Shown: positions 36,338-46,652, counted from the first letter of the stretch. The stretch is 64,000 nt of DNA from Verrucomicrobiia bacterium (GCA_041667205.1 JBAYFL010000003.1:126325-190324), one strand, 5' to 3'. Notes: a model not told the origin generated them from the letters alone. A program made the numbers and translations.

Positions 36338-36347
36338 GTGCGTCTCC

Positions 36348-36617
36348 TTATCCAATGAATGACTTCAACAGTTCCGGGCTGGGGCGCGGAATGACGTGGC
36401 TGGCGACCAGTTCGCCCACCTTGCCCGCCGCCGCCGAACCCGCGTCCACCGCGGCCTTCACGCTGCCGACATCGCCCTTCAACAGGACGGTGACGTAGCC
36501 GCCGCCGATCTGGATGGTCTTGATCAACGACACGTTGGCGGCTTTCACCGCTGCGTCGCTGGCCTCAACCGCGCCGACGTAACCTTTCGTTTCTATGATG
36601 CCAATACCTTCGTTCAT
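36348..36617 (-). CDS. BMC-H shell protein
   Basis: Start [12 protein letters not shown] with an AGGAGA RBS; canonical BMC domain. Confidence 0.85.
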   Translation of the reverse strand: MNEGIGIIETKGYVGAVEASDAAVKAANVSLIKTIQIGGGYVTVLLKGDVGSVKAAVDAGSAAAGKVGELVASHVIPRPSPELLKSFIG

Positions 36618-36658
36618 TTTTCTCCTATCGTTTTTCCGGGCGGCCAACAGGGCCGTCC

Positions 36659-37330
36659 TTACTTCAACAACTCTACTCTGCTGTCCGGCCGCAAGCCACA
36701 GGCGTTCCCCTCGTCGGTGTCTATGTGCACCTCGAGCTTGAACGACTTGTCCACGCGGACAACCAAATCCTCAAATACCGCGCCGCATTCGCCGCCGACG
36801 CGCAGTTTCATCTTATCGCCATGCTTGACGCCGTAAAATGCCGCGTCCTCAAGGTTCATGTGCACGTGCCGCAACGCGCGAATCACGCCCTCCTCCACCT
36901 CAAAAAATCCCTTCGGCCCCATCAACATGCACCCCGGCGTGCCCTTGATGTTGCCGCTCATCCGCACCGGCACGTCAAAACCAAGCATAATGGAATCCGT
37001 GAACGCCAACTCCACCTGGTTCAACGTGCGGCAGGGACCAAGAATGCGCAGGTTTGATATGACGCGGCTCCGCGGCCCGATCAGCGTCACCATCTGCTCG
37101 GCAGCATACTGGCCGTCCTGATAGAGCATTTTCATCGGCTTGAGTTGCGCCCCCTTGCCGAACAACGCCTCCACCGCCTCTTGCGTCAGATGACAATGCC
37201 GCGCGCTGACGTTGACGACCAGCGGATTCGGCGGCGCTTTCGGCACCGGCGCCGTGGGACGGAACCGCGCGTAAACCGCTTCCCGCACGATTTGCTCGAC
37301 CGTGGACCGCTGGATTTGAGGCACGCTCAT
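36659..37330 (-). CDS. pduL: PduL-type phosphotransacylase with N-terminal encapsulation peptide
   Basis: Start MSVPQIQRSTVEQIVREAV (amphipathic EP). Two PduL repeats with 'SARHCHL' / 'LRHVHMN' metal-site His motifs. The 5' part of the annotated ORF (37331-37525) is promoter DNA. Confidence 0.8.
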   Translation of the reverse strand: MSVPQIQRSTVEQIVREAVYARFRPTAPVPKAPPNPLVVNVSARHCHLTQEAVEALFGKGAQLKPMKMLYQDGQYAAEQMVTLIGPRSRVISNLRILGPCRTLNQVELAFTDSIMLGFDVPVRMSGNIKGTPGCMLMGPKGFFEVEEGVIRALRHVHMNLEDAAFYGVKHGDKMKLRVGGECGAVFEDLVVRVDKSFKLEVHIDTDEGNACGLRPDSRVELLK

Positions 37331-37373
37331 GGCTGTTCCAGATTCAATCAATATCTTCCAAAACCGAGCAAGA

Positions 37374-37402
37374 TAAATAACGGATTTACCAATATCTGTC
37401 AA
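37374..37402 (-). promoter_or_regulatory. Candidate sigma70 promoter (minus strand) TTGACA-N17-TATTTA for the BMC operon
   Basis: Read on the minus strand. Lies in the AT-rich divergent region between pduL and the DeoR gene, which also carries an 8-bp direct repeat CAATATCT at 37349 and 37390. Confidence 0.35.
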
Positions 37403-37444
37403 CAACTTCTTGCATATTTTTTCCGCCGGTGCCAAATTCCGGCC

Positions 37445-38203
37445 GTGAAAGCGCCCGAACGATTCCGCCGAATTCAGGACTTGCTCGGCCAGCACGAGTT
37501 CCTCGACCTCGCCACGCTGGCTCACGACCTGAAGGCGTCAGAATCTACCATCCGCCGCGACCTCGACCAACTCGCCGCCAAAGGCGCCCTCAAGCGCACC
37601 CACGGCGGGGCAATGGCCGTCGAGCACAAGACAGACGAGTTGAATTTCGTGGTCCGCGACACCCGCCAAGCGGATGAGAAAGACCTGATCGGGCGCGCCA
37701 CGGCCGCGCTCGTGGAGAACGGCATGTCGGTTATCATTGACGGCGGCACCACCACCTACCACGTCGCCAAGCATCTTGGCGGCAAGCGCATCCAAGTCAT
37801 CACTAATTCGCTCCCCGTCGCCAACCAGTTCAGCAATTCCAGCATGGTGGAGACGATCATGTGCGGCGGGTTCATCTTCCCCCGCATTGGCGTGCTGCTG
37901 GGGCCGCTCGCAGAAGAATCTTTCTCAAAACTCCACGCCGATGTCGCGATCATGAGCGCTGGCGGCATCACCAGCGAAGGCATCACCAACTCGAACAACC
38001 TGATCGTGGCGGTGCAACAGAAGATGATGGCCGCCGCCAGTCGCGTCATCCTGTGTCTGGATCACACCAAGTTCGGGCGGCACGCACTCTCTTTTGCCGC
38101 ACCGCTGGAGAAGATTCACACCGTCATTACCGACAAGGACACCCCGCGCGACCAGATTGCCATGCTGCAAAAGCAGCGCATCGAAGTCATCGTCGCCCGC
38201 TAG
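37445..38203 (+). CDS. DeoR/GlpR-family transcriptional regulator, divergent from the BMC operon
   Basis: GTG start giving MKAPERFRRIQDLL. HTH 'STIRRDLDQLAAKGALKRTHGGA' and a C-terminal DeoR sugar-phosphate-binding domain. Confidence 0.75.
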   Translation: MKAPERFRRIQDLLGQHEFLDLATLAHDLKASESTIRRDLDQLAAKGALKRTHGGAMAVEHKTDELNFVVRDTRQADEKDLIGRATAALVENGMSVIIDGGTTTYHVAKHLGGKRIQVITNSLPVANQFSNSSMVETIMCGGFIFPRIGVLLGPLAEESFSKLHADVAIMSAGGITSEGITNSNNLIVAVQQKMMAAASRVILCLDHTKFGRHALSFAAPLEKIHTVITDKDTPRDQIAMLQKQRIEVIVAR

Positions 38204-38805
38204 CTTTGCTCTTCCTTTTCGTCCTCTTCCTGGACAGCGCGCAGCTTGTCGTCGGCTTCATCACTCCCGTCCCACTCGGCGGGCGACCACGAAAGAATCT
38301 CGTTGATCTCGTCGTAGCAGTGGAGGCTGCTGCCATTGAAATAGCGGTCATTGAGTTTCGCCACCAACTCCTCTTCCAACTCCAGATCATCCACGGCGTG
38401 CGCGTAATGATGCGTCTTGTTCAGAAGCTTCACCCGCAACTCGATGAGGTTGTCCACCAACTCACGATAACTGCTCTGCTCATCGTCCACGAACAACGGC
38501 AGCGCGAACAGCTTGCCTCCGGGGTCTTCGCCCGGCTGTAGCGCGATCTTCAGCCGCAACCGGCCTTCATCCATCTCTGACTCCGCGGTAAACAAGGCAA
38601 ACGCCTTCGCAAACGTCGCCCGCTGGAACCCGATGGCATAATACTCCCCCAGCCGTTCCGCGATGTCGCGGAACTGGCGCGGGTCGAGCACGCTCAATCC
38701 CTCGCGTGGCCAGTAAATCTCATCGCTGGTCTTTTCCACCCACCAGTTCATGTCGTTGCCGAGGCGCACAACGATCCATTGCGGCAATATTATTTCCTTT
38801 TCCAC
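38200..38805 (-). CDS. Hypothetical protein with acidic C-terminus
   Basis: 201-aa ORF convergent with the DeoR gene; no motifs recognised. Confidence 0.4.
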   Translation of the reverse strand: MEKEIILPQWIVVRLGNDMNWWVEKTSDEIYWPREGLSVLDPRQFRDIAERLGEYYAIGFQRATFAKAFALFTAESEMDEGRLRLKIALQPGEDPGGKLFALPLFVDDEQSSYRELVDNLIELRVKLLNKTHHYAHAVDDLELEEELVAKLNDRYFNGSSLHCYDEINEILSWSPAEWDGSDEADDKLRAVQEEDEKEEQS

Positions 38806-38993
38806 GTGCTCATATTAGTCACAGCGCACCGCGACGCAATGGATGATTTTGCCAGAACTTCCGGATTCTGACTGGTAATCATTAAGAACGGAGCCGTTGG
38901 AGGCCAGCGGCGGAAGATGCGAACCGGTTAAAGCCACTTGCACATTGTCCAAAACAGGCGGGCTGCCGACTAGGTTCATTCAAAACGTTCGCA

Positions 38994-41864
38994 TCACTGC
39001 GGGCGAATCTTCGCGGCAAGGTCGGTCTTGAGTTCGCCGGGCAGGAGGGTGAGTTTGCCGGCGTGGGCGGTCGCTTTCTCGGTGCGCACGGGCTTGCCCT
39101 TCCACGTTTCCCACCATTCCACCGCGTAGGTGCCGTCCGCGAAGCCGTCGAGGGTAATCCGCGAGGGTGGCACGGGCGGCACGGCGGATTTCTGGTGGTT
39201 GAACCAATCGCTCTCCTGGTTCTGCATCCAGACGATGCGGGGGCCGCCGACGGCCCGCAACGCCGCGACAAGCAGATTCGGCCGGTCGAGGACTTTGCAG
39301 CCGGTGAAGGCGTAGCGGGTGATGCGCATCCAGTCGCCGCCGAGGTTGTCCACGCGGATGCGATGTTTGCCGGCGGGCACGTCCACGGCCACGTCTTCGT
39401 CATAGACGGATTCCCACAGCTTCCACTTCGGCTGGTAGATCCACTGCTTGCCGATCTTCTCGCCGCAGGGGAACTCGCGGTTGAGTTTCTGTTCGCCGTC
39501 CACCCAGACGCGCAGGAGGCCGCTACGGGAGACGCGCCCGACGGTGATGATGAATTTGCCCGCGCGCGGGAACTCCACGACGAAGGTGGGCGGGTTGATG
39601 AGGTCGTGGTGCCCCATGCCGTGGAGTAGTTCGCGAATCTCCGCCGGGTCGTTGACGGTGCCGTCGCGTTGTATCCTGAACTCGCTGGCCGCGGGCTTGC
39701 CCCATTTGCTGACGGGCGAGAGGACGATGTCGCGCGTGATGGGCGATGCGGGCGGGTCCACATACTCGGTGGCGGCCACGCTGACTTGTTCCCATCGCGT
39801 GGTGCCGAAGGGAAGGCCTTTGGCGAAGTTGGCGATGGCGGTGAAGTGGAAGTAGAGGTTCAACGGCTCGATGTAGTTCTCGTGCCACCACGGCATCGGG
39901 ATGCCGCAGCAGCCACTGCAAAGCGCGGCCCAGTTGGCGTTGTGCAGGCCCCAGCCCTTCGGGTCCTTGTCGGCGGTGGAGGAATGGCTGCGGATGCCGA
40001 ACTCGCCGAAGATGTGCGGCTTCGCGAAGTTCGTCCACTGTTCGAGGCAGTAGCGGCGCACCTGCTCGGCGACGTTGCCGTCGTTGTTCGTGTAGCAATG
40101 GGTCTGCACAATGTCCATCCTCGGAATCCGCCAGCACGCCTCCGGGCCGGTCTTGCCCCACCAGCTCGTCGTGATGAGATGCCGATACGGGTCGAGCGCG
40201 GCGAGATAGTCGGACATCTCGCGATGCCACGCGTTCTTCGTCTCCTCGGTCGTGTCGGCCCATCCCTCAAATTCGTTGCCGAACTCCCAGCAGAGGATCT
40301 GCGGCGAGTAACCCCATCGCGCGACGGTGTAGCGCAGCCGTTTCTTATAGAGCGAGCGCGACGGCTCGCCGGTGAACCACTCGCTGACTTTCTCGCAGGG
40401 GCCACCGTTGGCTTTGTTGAACGGATTCGCCCGCCAGCCGCCCTCGCGGAAATCCTGATGCGTGTCCATGCAGAGCATGTAGTAGAAGTCCAGTTCCGCG
40501 GCGAGGTTGAGCAGGCTGTCGAGCCGTGCCGCCTGCGCCTGACGATACCAGCCGAGCCGATCTTCCCATTCGATGCCGAGGCTGGAGCTGGACATCCACC
40601 AACGGTTGTAGTTCTCGCCCTTCGCCGCCATCTTGCGGATCGCGTCGGGGCCGGTCTGCCCAGCGGTGTGATATCCGGGGAGGTTGTGACCGATCGGCAC
40701 GAACGACACGCCGGAATCGAACTGCAGATAATGCGGGTCCACGCGGCTCTGGCGCAGGAACCCCTTCCCCGCCGACGCCTTCACGGCAAACTCGCCCGCG
40801 TCCTTGCTCACGCTGCCGCTGCGGTCCTTCGCCGTGAGCTTCACGCGCAACGGCCCCGGCTCGACGCAAGCAACGCGCACGCACCAGCGGCCCTCGCCGA
40901 CCGGCGACATCACCTCCACGCCGTCCCGCACCTCGCGCCGGTAGTCCACCATAAAGAACCCCGGCTGCGTGAACTGTCGCCCCGACGCCGTCGTCACCGT
41001 CGCATCGAGCGCAACTTGGTCGGGATCGAACGGGTTCTCCCACGTGCCGCGCAGATCCACGCTCAATTCCAGCTTGCCGAAGCGCGGCACCGTCGCGCTT
41101 GTTGCACTGACCTTCCCAATAGCGAGCGGCTCGCGATGCGGCTCGATGTCGCCCGCGAACTTCTCCGGCAGCGTGTCAAAACCGATCTTGAGCAACGTGA
41201 CCACCTTCTTGCCAACGGGAAAATCCCCGGGGCGCAAGTTCATCTCGAAGCCCTGCGTCGTTTCGTTCACGCGACAGCGCAGCTCGCGAAATCCCTCGCC
41301 CGCGAACGCGACTGCGCGTCCATCGCCCAACTCCACCAGCAACGCCTCGCAATCACCGGAAACGTTGCCGCCCACCTTGCCGTGCGCGACCGGCCGCGCA
41401 AATAGCCGCCGCCCTGCAAACGCCTTCCGGTCGAATGAAATCGTCGCCCACAGCCCGGCCGTGAGCGACAGTGGCGCAGTCTTCTCCGTCTCCAAGTGCA
41501 GCACCGCGCCCTTCGCCGTCGGCTCCAATGCCAGCGTGTAGCGCATCGGCGCGGCACCCTCGCGAATCACCCACGTCCCGCTCTGCCGCAACCATCCTTT
41601 GCGATCCACCTCCGGCCCGCTTTCGATCTTGCCTGCGTCGAGCCGTTCGTGAATCCAAGCGTCGTGCCAAAGTGTGATGCTCAACCTCACCTCCGGCCCG
41701 CCCGCCCGCCTCACCGCCACCGTGCCTGGCGCGCGATAAACGATTTCATTCCCTGCGACGGCCAAAATAAACTCTTTGCCCCTGCTCTCCCAGCGTTGGG
41801 CAGACACAGGCGAGACGAGCGACAGAAACACGAACAATGTGGCGGCGTAAGAGAGGTTCTTCAT
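38994..41864 (-). CDS. Large secreted glycoside hydrolase-like protein (GH5-like TIM barrel with accessory beta-domains)
   Basis: Start MKNLSYAATLFVFLSLVSPVSA (signal peptide). 'ILCWEFGNEFEGW' NEP-type acid/base motif. Confidence 0.55.
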   Translation of the reverse strand: MKNLSYAATLFVFLSLVSPVSAQRWESRGKEFILAVAGNEIVYRAPGTVAVRRAGGPEVRLSITLWHDAWIHERLDAGKIESGPEVDRKGWLRQSGTWVIREGAAPMRYTLALEPTAKGAVLHLETEKTAPLSLTAGLWATISFDRKAFAGRRLFARPVAHGKVGGNVSGDCEALLVELGDGRAVAFAGEGFRELRCRVNETTQGFEMNLRPGDFPVGKKVVTLLKIGFDTLPEKFAGDIEPHREPLAIGKVSATSATVPRFGKLELSVDLRGTWENPFDPDQVALDATVTTASGRQFTQPGFFMVDYRREVRDGVEVMSPVGEGRWCVRVACVEPGPLRVKLTAKDRSGSVSKDAGEFAVKASAGKGFLRQSRVDPHYLQFDSGVSFVPIGHNLPGYHTAGQTGPDAIRKMAAKGENYNRWWMSSSSLGIEWEDRLGWYRQAQAARLDSLLNLAAELDFYYMLCMDTHQDFREGGWRANPFNKANGGPCEKVSEWFTGEPSRSLYKKRLRYTVARWGYSPQILCWEFGNEFEGWADTTEETKNAWHREMSDYLAALDPYRHLITTSWWGKTGPEACWRIPRMDIVQTHCYTNNDGNVAEQVRRYCLEQWTNFAKPHIFGEFGIRSHSSTADKDPKGWGLHNANWAALCSGCCGIPMPWWHENYIEPLNLYFHFTAIANFAKGLPFGTTRWEQVSVAATEYVDPPASPITRDIVLSPVSKWGKPAASEFRIQRDGTVNDPAEIRELLHGMGHHDLINPPTFVVEFPRAGKFIITVGRVSRSGLLRVWVDGEQKLNREFPCGEKIGKQWIYQPKWKLWESVYDEDVAVDVPAGKHRIRVDNLGGDWMRITRYAFTGCKVLDRPNLLVAALRAVGGPRIVWMQNQESDWFNHQKSAVPPVPPSRITLDGFADGTYAVEWWETWKGKPVRTEKATAHAGKLTLLPGELKTDLAAKIRPQ

Positions 41865-41945
41865 GGCAACAGCCAAGGAACCTACCCGTTGCCCGCAGCG
41901 ACTCAAAGGCAAAAACACAGAACAGGCAAGACGCCCGTCCTACGA

Positions 41946-43481
41946 TTACTTCTTCGGCGCAGTCAGCATTGGGAAGTCGTCGGTGCGGAATGGCGACGCG
42001 GGCAGGCCCACCTTGTTCCAGAGGTTGACGACGGGGAAGTTGGCCCAGCCGTAACGCACGGCGACCGGTTTGGCAACCTTGTCGCTGCACACGACGATCT
42101 TGTCGCCCTGAATCTCAGCCTGCGCGTTGACGAACTTCTTGTCCGCGCCGGCGATGGCGAAGCCTTTGAGCGCGCCGTCCTTGGCGGCGAGGCCGCCGCC
42201 AAGATGGGTGAAGCTGAGGATGGCTTTGTTGCCCTGCACCTTCATGCTGGCATAGGCCGGACCGGAGAACTCGATCTTCTCGCCATAAGCGATCGCCCGC
42301 GCGGCGAGTGCGAGACGCGCGCCAACCGGGTCCTTCTGTTTCGGATGCACGTCGTTCTCATCGCCAACGTCGGTGATAACGGCTTGCGCGGTCTTGGGCA
42401 AATTCAGCGCAGTCAACAGTTGCGCCTCGCGTAGTTCCGCCCAACCGCTTTCCTTCGGCTCGGCTTCAATCTTCATGAACGGCGCGAGTTGGACGAACAG
42501 GAATGGGAAAGCATAGCCCCAATCCTTGCGCCAGTTCTGGATCATTGCGGGGAAGAGCTTGCGATACTGAAAGGCGCGGCCGGCGTTGGACTCGCCCTGA
42601 TACCAGATGGCGCCAGCGACGGCATAAGGCTCCAGCGGGACGATCATGGCGTTGTAGAGGCCGCACGGGCGCTGCATGCTGGTGGTCGGATTCTGCGGCA
42701 GGCGCGGCACCTGTTTCTTCGCAGCCTTGGCCTTGGCGAGAATCTCCTTGTTGCGCACCTCGACTTTCGGCCAGTTCTTGATCGCTTCGGCGTGGTTGGC
42801 GAAGATTTCGGGAAACTCCTTTTCCAATACGCCCCGCTTCGTCCACGCCTCGGCGGGCGTGCCGCCGACGTTGGAACTGATGAGGCCCACCGGCACCTTC
42901 AGCGCCGCGCGCAAGTGCTTGCCGAAGAAGTAACCGACGGCGCTGAACGCCGGCAGCGTTTCCGGGCTGCACTCCTGCCACGCGACGGGCGGCTGGCCGG
43001 GCGACGCGGCGGGCAGCTCGGTCTGGGCTTCGTCCTTGGAAACGCGCGGGATGGTGATGAGCCGCAGCATCGGGTCTTTGCACTCCGCGATCACCTTCTC
43101 CGCGTCGGTGCTGCCCTTGACGTTCCACTGCATGTTCGACTGGCCGCTGCAAATCCAGACCTCGCCGACAAGGACGTTCTTTAGTTCGACGCTGTTCTTG
43201 CCGCAGATGGTCATCTTGAACGGCCCGCCCGCCTTCAGCGGCTTCAACCAGACCTTCCACTTGCCGCCCTTGGCGACCGTGGAGACCCCCTGACCGCAGA
43301 ACTTCACCGTCACCTTCTCGCCGTCGTCGGCCGTGCCCCAAATCGGCACCTTCTGACCTTGCTGTAGCACCGCGTTGTCCGTGAAAAGCCCGTGCGGTTT
43401 GACCACGGCAAACGCCGCCGTCGCCAGCATCAGCGCGAAAGTGGAAACTGCGATCAGACAAACTCGATTGAACCGCTGCAT
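41946..43481 (-). CDS. Sialate O-acetylesterase-like SGNH/DUF303 carbohydrate esterase, secreted
   Basis: Start MQRFNRVCLIAVSTFALMLATAAFA, with an AAGGAG RBS 6 nt upstream. 'VWICSGQSNMQ' GDSL-like motif. Tandem DUF303 domains. Confidence 0.7.
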   Translation of the reverse strand: MQRFNRVCLIAVSTFALMLATAAFAVVKPHGLFTDNAVLQQGQKVPIWGTADDGEKVTVKFCGQGVSTVAKGGKWKVWLKPLKAGGPFKMTICGKNSVELKNVLVGEVWICSGQSNMQWNVKGSTDAEKVIAECKDPMLRLITIPRVSKDEAQTELPAASPGQPPVAWQECSPETLPAFSAVGYFFGKHLRAALKVPVGLISSNVGGTPAEAWTKRGVLEKEFPEIFANHAEAIKNWPKVEVRNKEILAKAKAAKKQVPRLPQNPTTSMQRPCGLYNAMIVPLEPYAVAGAIWYQGESNAGRAFQYRKLFPAMIQNWRKDWGYAFPFLFVQLAPFMKIEAEPKESGWAELREAQLLTALNLPKTAQAVITDVGDENDVHPKQKDPVGARLALAARAIAYGEKIEFSGPAYASMKVQGNKAILSFTHLGGGLAAKDGALKGFAIAGADKKFVNAQAEIQGDKIVVCSDKVAKPVAVRYGWANFPVVNLWNKVGLPASPFRTDDFPMLTAPKK

Positions 43482-43614
43482 TATCATCTCCTTGGTTGAA
43501 TTCTCAGTCAGCGAACGGACGATGGTTTTATCGGCTCCCACGCGGATAGCAAGCCGGATTTCAGCGTTTCGCGGCTTGGAACGGCGGCACACGCGGTGTA
43601 AAGTCAGGCACTCC

Positions 43615-45270
43615 ATGAACCGAACACGTTCTTCCATCGGGATCGGCCAGTATCTGATCGAGCAACTCCACGGGCGCGGCGTGCGCCACGTTTTCGGTGT
43701 GCCGGGCGATTACGTGCTGGGCTTCTACGACATGATCCAGCACAGCCAACTGCGCATCGTCAACACCTGCGACGAGCAGGGCGCGGGCTTTGCCGCCGAC
43801 GCCTACGCGCGCCTGAACGGCCTTGGCGTGGTGTGCGTCACCTATTGCGTCGGCGGGCTGAAGGTGGCCAACTCAACAGCAGAGGCGTTTGCAGAGAAGT
43901 CGCCCGTAGTCGTTATCAGCGGCGCGCCCGGCATCGGCGAGCGCAGGAAGAATCCCCTGCTCCACCACAAGGTGCGTGAGTTCGACACGCAGAAGAAGGT
44001 GTTCGAGCAGATCACCGTCGCATCCACCGTGCTGAGCGATCCGCAGACGGCGTTGCAGGAAATTGACCGCGTGCTCTACGCCGCCGAGCGCTACAAGCGG
44101 CCGGTTTATATCGAGCTTCCCCGCGACATGGTGAGCGTGCCGGGCATTCCGCATCATACGCCACTCGAACTCCACGAGCCGAGCGACGCGCATTCGCTCA
44201 AGGCCTCGATGGAAGAGGCCGTCGCCATGATCAACGCCGCCAAGAAGCCGGTGATCCTCGCAGACGTGGAGGTGCATCGGTTCGGTCTGCAAGCGGAAGT
44301 GGTCCGCCTTGCCAAGAAGACGAACATCCCCGTCGCCGCCACTATCCTTGGCAAGTCGGTCATCGGAGAGAACCACCCGTTCTACCTCGGCGTCTATGAG
44401 GGCGCGATGGGCCGGGACGACGTGCGCGCTTACGTCGAGTCCAGCGACTGCGTCATCATGCTTGGCGCGTTCATGACCGACGTGAACCTCGGCATCTTCA
44501 CTGCGCGGCTGGACCAGGGCCGTTCCATCTACGCCACCAGCGAGAAGATCGCGGTGCGCTACCACAACTACGAGAACGTGCGGTTCGAGGACTTCCTGAG
44601 CGGCCTCACGCGCGCCAAACTGCGCCGCCGCACGCTCGGCAGGATTCCAAACCCACAACCGCCCGCCGCCTTCGTGCCGACGAAAGGGAAACTCACCGTC
44701 AAGCGCCTCTTCCAGCGGATCAACGCGCACCTCACGGAGAACACCATCGTCATCGCGGACGCCGGCGACGCGTTATTCGGCGCGGCCGACCTTTACATCC
44801 ATCACAGCACCGAATTCATCGGCTCGGCCTACTACGCCTCGCTGGGTTTCGCGGTGCCAGCGGCCATCGGCGCGCAACTGGCCAACCGCAAACTGCGCCC
44901 GCTGGTGCTTGTCGGCGACGGCGCGTTCCAGATGACCGGCATGGAACTGGCGACCGCCGCCCGTTTCGGCCTCAATCCCATCGTCGTCGTCCTAAACAAC
45001 TTCGGCTACGGCACCGAGCGCCCCATGCAAGACGGCCCCTACAACGACGTGTTGCCGTGGAACTACAGCCGCCTGCCCGAGTTCCTCGGCGCGGGCCGCG
45101 GTTTCCTTGTTCACACCGAAGAGGAACTCGACCGCGCCCTCACCGCTGCCGACCAGCACACCGACAGCTTCAGCATCATCGAGGCGCGGCTCGATCCCGC
45201 CGACTGCTCCCCTGCCCTGCGCCGCCTCACGGAGCGGCTGGCCAAGAGGGTCAAGGGCCAGGCAGCATAA
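43615..45270 (+). CDS. Thiamine-diphosphate-dependent 2-keto-acid (indolepyruvate/pyruvate/phenylpyruvate) decarboxylase
   Basis: 'VFGVPGDY', 'VCVTYCVGGL', and the TPP-binding 'GDGAFQMT...NN' motif. Start at MNRTRSSIGIGQYL. Confidence 0.8.
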   Translation: MNRTRSSIGIGQYLIEQLHGRGVRHVFGVPGDYVLGFYDMIQHSQLRIVNTCDEQGAGFAADAYARLNGLGVVCVTYCVGGLKVANSTAEAFAEKSPVVVISGAPGIGERRKNPLLHHKVREFDTQKKVFEQITVASTVLSDPQTALQEIDRVLYAAERYKRPVYIELPRDMVSVPGIPHHTPLELHEPSDAHSLKASMEEAVAMINAAKKPVILADVEVHRFGLQAEVVRLAKKTNIPVAATILGKSVIGENHPFYLGVYEGAMGRDDVRAYVESSDCVIMLGAFMTDVNLGIFTARLDQGRSIYATSEKIAVRYHNYENVRFEDFLSGLTRAKLRRRTLGRIPNPQPPAAFVPTKGKLTVKRLFQRINAHLTENTIVIADAGDALFGAADLYIHHSTEFIGSAYYASLGFAVPAAIGAQLANRKLRPLVLVGDGAFQMTGMELATAARFGLNPIVVVLNNFGYGTERPMQDGPYNDVLPWNYSRLPEFLGAGRGFLVHTEEELDRALTAADQHTDSFSIIEARLDPADCSPALRRLTERLAKRVKGQAA

Positions 45271-45361
45271 GAACCCCCTGCCAACCGAACCTCCTGCTCG
45301 CAGATTAGTTTCCGGTTGAAACCCTCCGCGCCCCGCGCAATAGTCCCGCACCAGGAAAACC

Positions 45362-46165
45362 ATGCGCATCATCGAACCCCACATTCACTGCTACTCACGC
45401 ACCACCGACGACTACGAGAAGATGACCCTCGCCGGCATCGAAGCCGTCATCGAGCCGGCGTTCTGGCTCGGCGGGCCGCGCACCACCGTCGGCACCTTCA
45501 CGGACTACTTCGAGCACCTCCTCGGCTTCGAGCGCCAACGCGCCGCCGGCTACGGCATCGCCCACTTCTCCACCCTCTCCGTGAACCCCAAGGAGGCCAA
45601 CACCCGCCCCGTCGCCGACCAGGTCGTCGAGCTGCTCCCGGCCTACCTCCAGCGCGAGGGTTGCGTCGGCCTTGGCGAAGTCGGCTTTGACCGCATCACC
45701 TCCGACGAGGAGGAAATTCTCCGCCGCCAGCTCCGCATCGCCCGCCAGCTCAACTGCCCCGTCATCGTCCACAGCCCGCACCAACACAAGAAGATCGGCA
45801 CCGAGCGCATCCTCGCCATCATTGACGAGGAGAAACTCGACCACAACCTCGTGAACCTCGACCATTGCACCGAGGAAACCCTGCCGCTGTTCGGGCGGCA
45901 CACCCGCATGTGGCGCGGCCTCACCGTCTATCCCATCACCAAACTCTCCGTCGAGCGCGCCGCCAACATCGTCCAGCAATACGGCGTGGACCGCCTCCTC
46001 ATCAACTCCTCCGCCGACTGGGGCGTCTCCGACCCCCTCAGCGTCCCCCGCGTCGTCCGCGAACTCGAGCGCCGCTCCGTCCCCCGCGACCAGATCGAGC
46101 AACTCGTCTTCCTCAACCCCCTCCAGTTCTACGGCCAGTCGCCAAGATTCACGTTCAAGAAGTGA
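45362..46165 (+). CDS. TatD-family metal-dependent hydrolase
   Basis: 'MRIIEPHIHCYSR' (HxH), 'GLGEVGFD', 'VIVHSPH' TatD signatures. Confidence 0.75.
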   Translation: MRIIEPHIHCYSRTTDDYEKMTLAGIEAVIEPAFWLGGPRTTVGTFTDYFEHLLGFERQRAAGYGIAHFSTLSVNPKEANTRPVADQVVELLPAYLQREGCVGLGEVGFDRITSDEEEILRRQLRIARQLNCPVIVHSPHQHKKIGTERILAIIDEEKLDHNLVNLDHCTEETLPLFGRHTRMWRGLTVYPITKLSVERAANIVQQYGVDRLLINSSADWGVSDPLSVPRVVRELERRSVPRDQIEQLVFLNPLQFYGQSPRFTFKK

Positions 46166-46182
46166 GGAGCGCAACTACGCGC

Positions 46183-46632
46183 ATGGGCCAAATCATCCAT
46201 CCTTCTCCAGTCAGATATAGAGACATCGATTTATCGTGGATGGTCGGACGCGCTTTTACCGAAGTGTCATTCCATGAGCCTTCGCCTTGGTATTTCATCT
46301 TCGGCCCGGATGCACACATCGGCGTCGAGTGTCTTTGGCGTATCGTTGGGCATGACGGGGTTATTCTGACCAACGAAGACCACGGTCAGAAGTTTGGTTT
46401 ATCCGCACCCTTGGACGCCGTTGCCAAAGGCAATCAACTTCTTGCTGGTCGTATCATTGCCGCAGTGCAGTTGCGAGAGGCCACAGCAGACGTTCTGATT
46501 GAGTTCACTGAGGACTTGCGGTTGGAGATTATCCCGACCTCGTCAGGCTACGAGAGTTGGCAACTGCGCGACCCGTCTGGCATGTCTTATGTCGCGCAAG
46601 GCGGAGGACAGATTTGTAAATGGAAACAGTGA
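46183..46632 (+). CDS. Hypothetical protein in a lower-GC (about 50%) gene
   Basis: GAGGAG RBS and a 149-aa ORF. Composition departs strongly from the flanks. No motif recognised. Confidence 0.4.
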   Translation: MGQIIHPSPVRYRDIDLSWMVGRAFTEVSFHEPSPWYFIFGPDAHIGVECLWRIVGHDGVILTNEDHGQKFGLSAPLDAVAKGNQLLAGRIIAAVQLREATADVLIEFTEDLRLEIIPTSSGYESWQLRDPSGMSYVAQGGGQICKWKQ

Positions 46633-46652
46633 TGGCTGGCCCTCACGGTAGC

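Noticed and set aside
37331-37525. 5' 65 codons of annotated ORF 36659..37525 (MSQRGEVEEL...)
   Set aside because: It lies in the AT-rich divergent promoter region. PduL homology and the encapsulation peptide begin at the internal Met at 37330.
39669-41405. 578-aa plus-strand ORF antisense to the large GH gene, and 41496..42434 antisense to the esterase
   Set aside because: Shadow ORFs typical of 65%-GC DNA.
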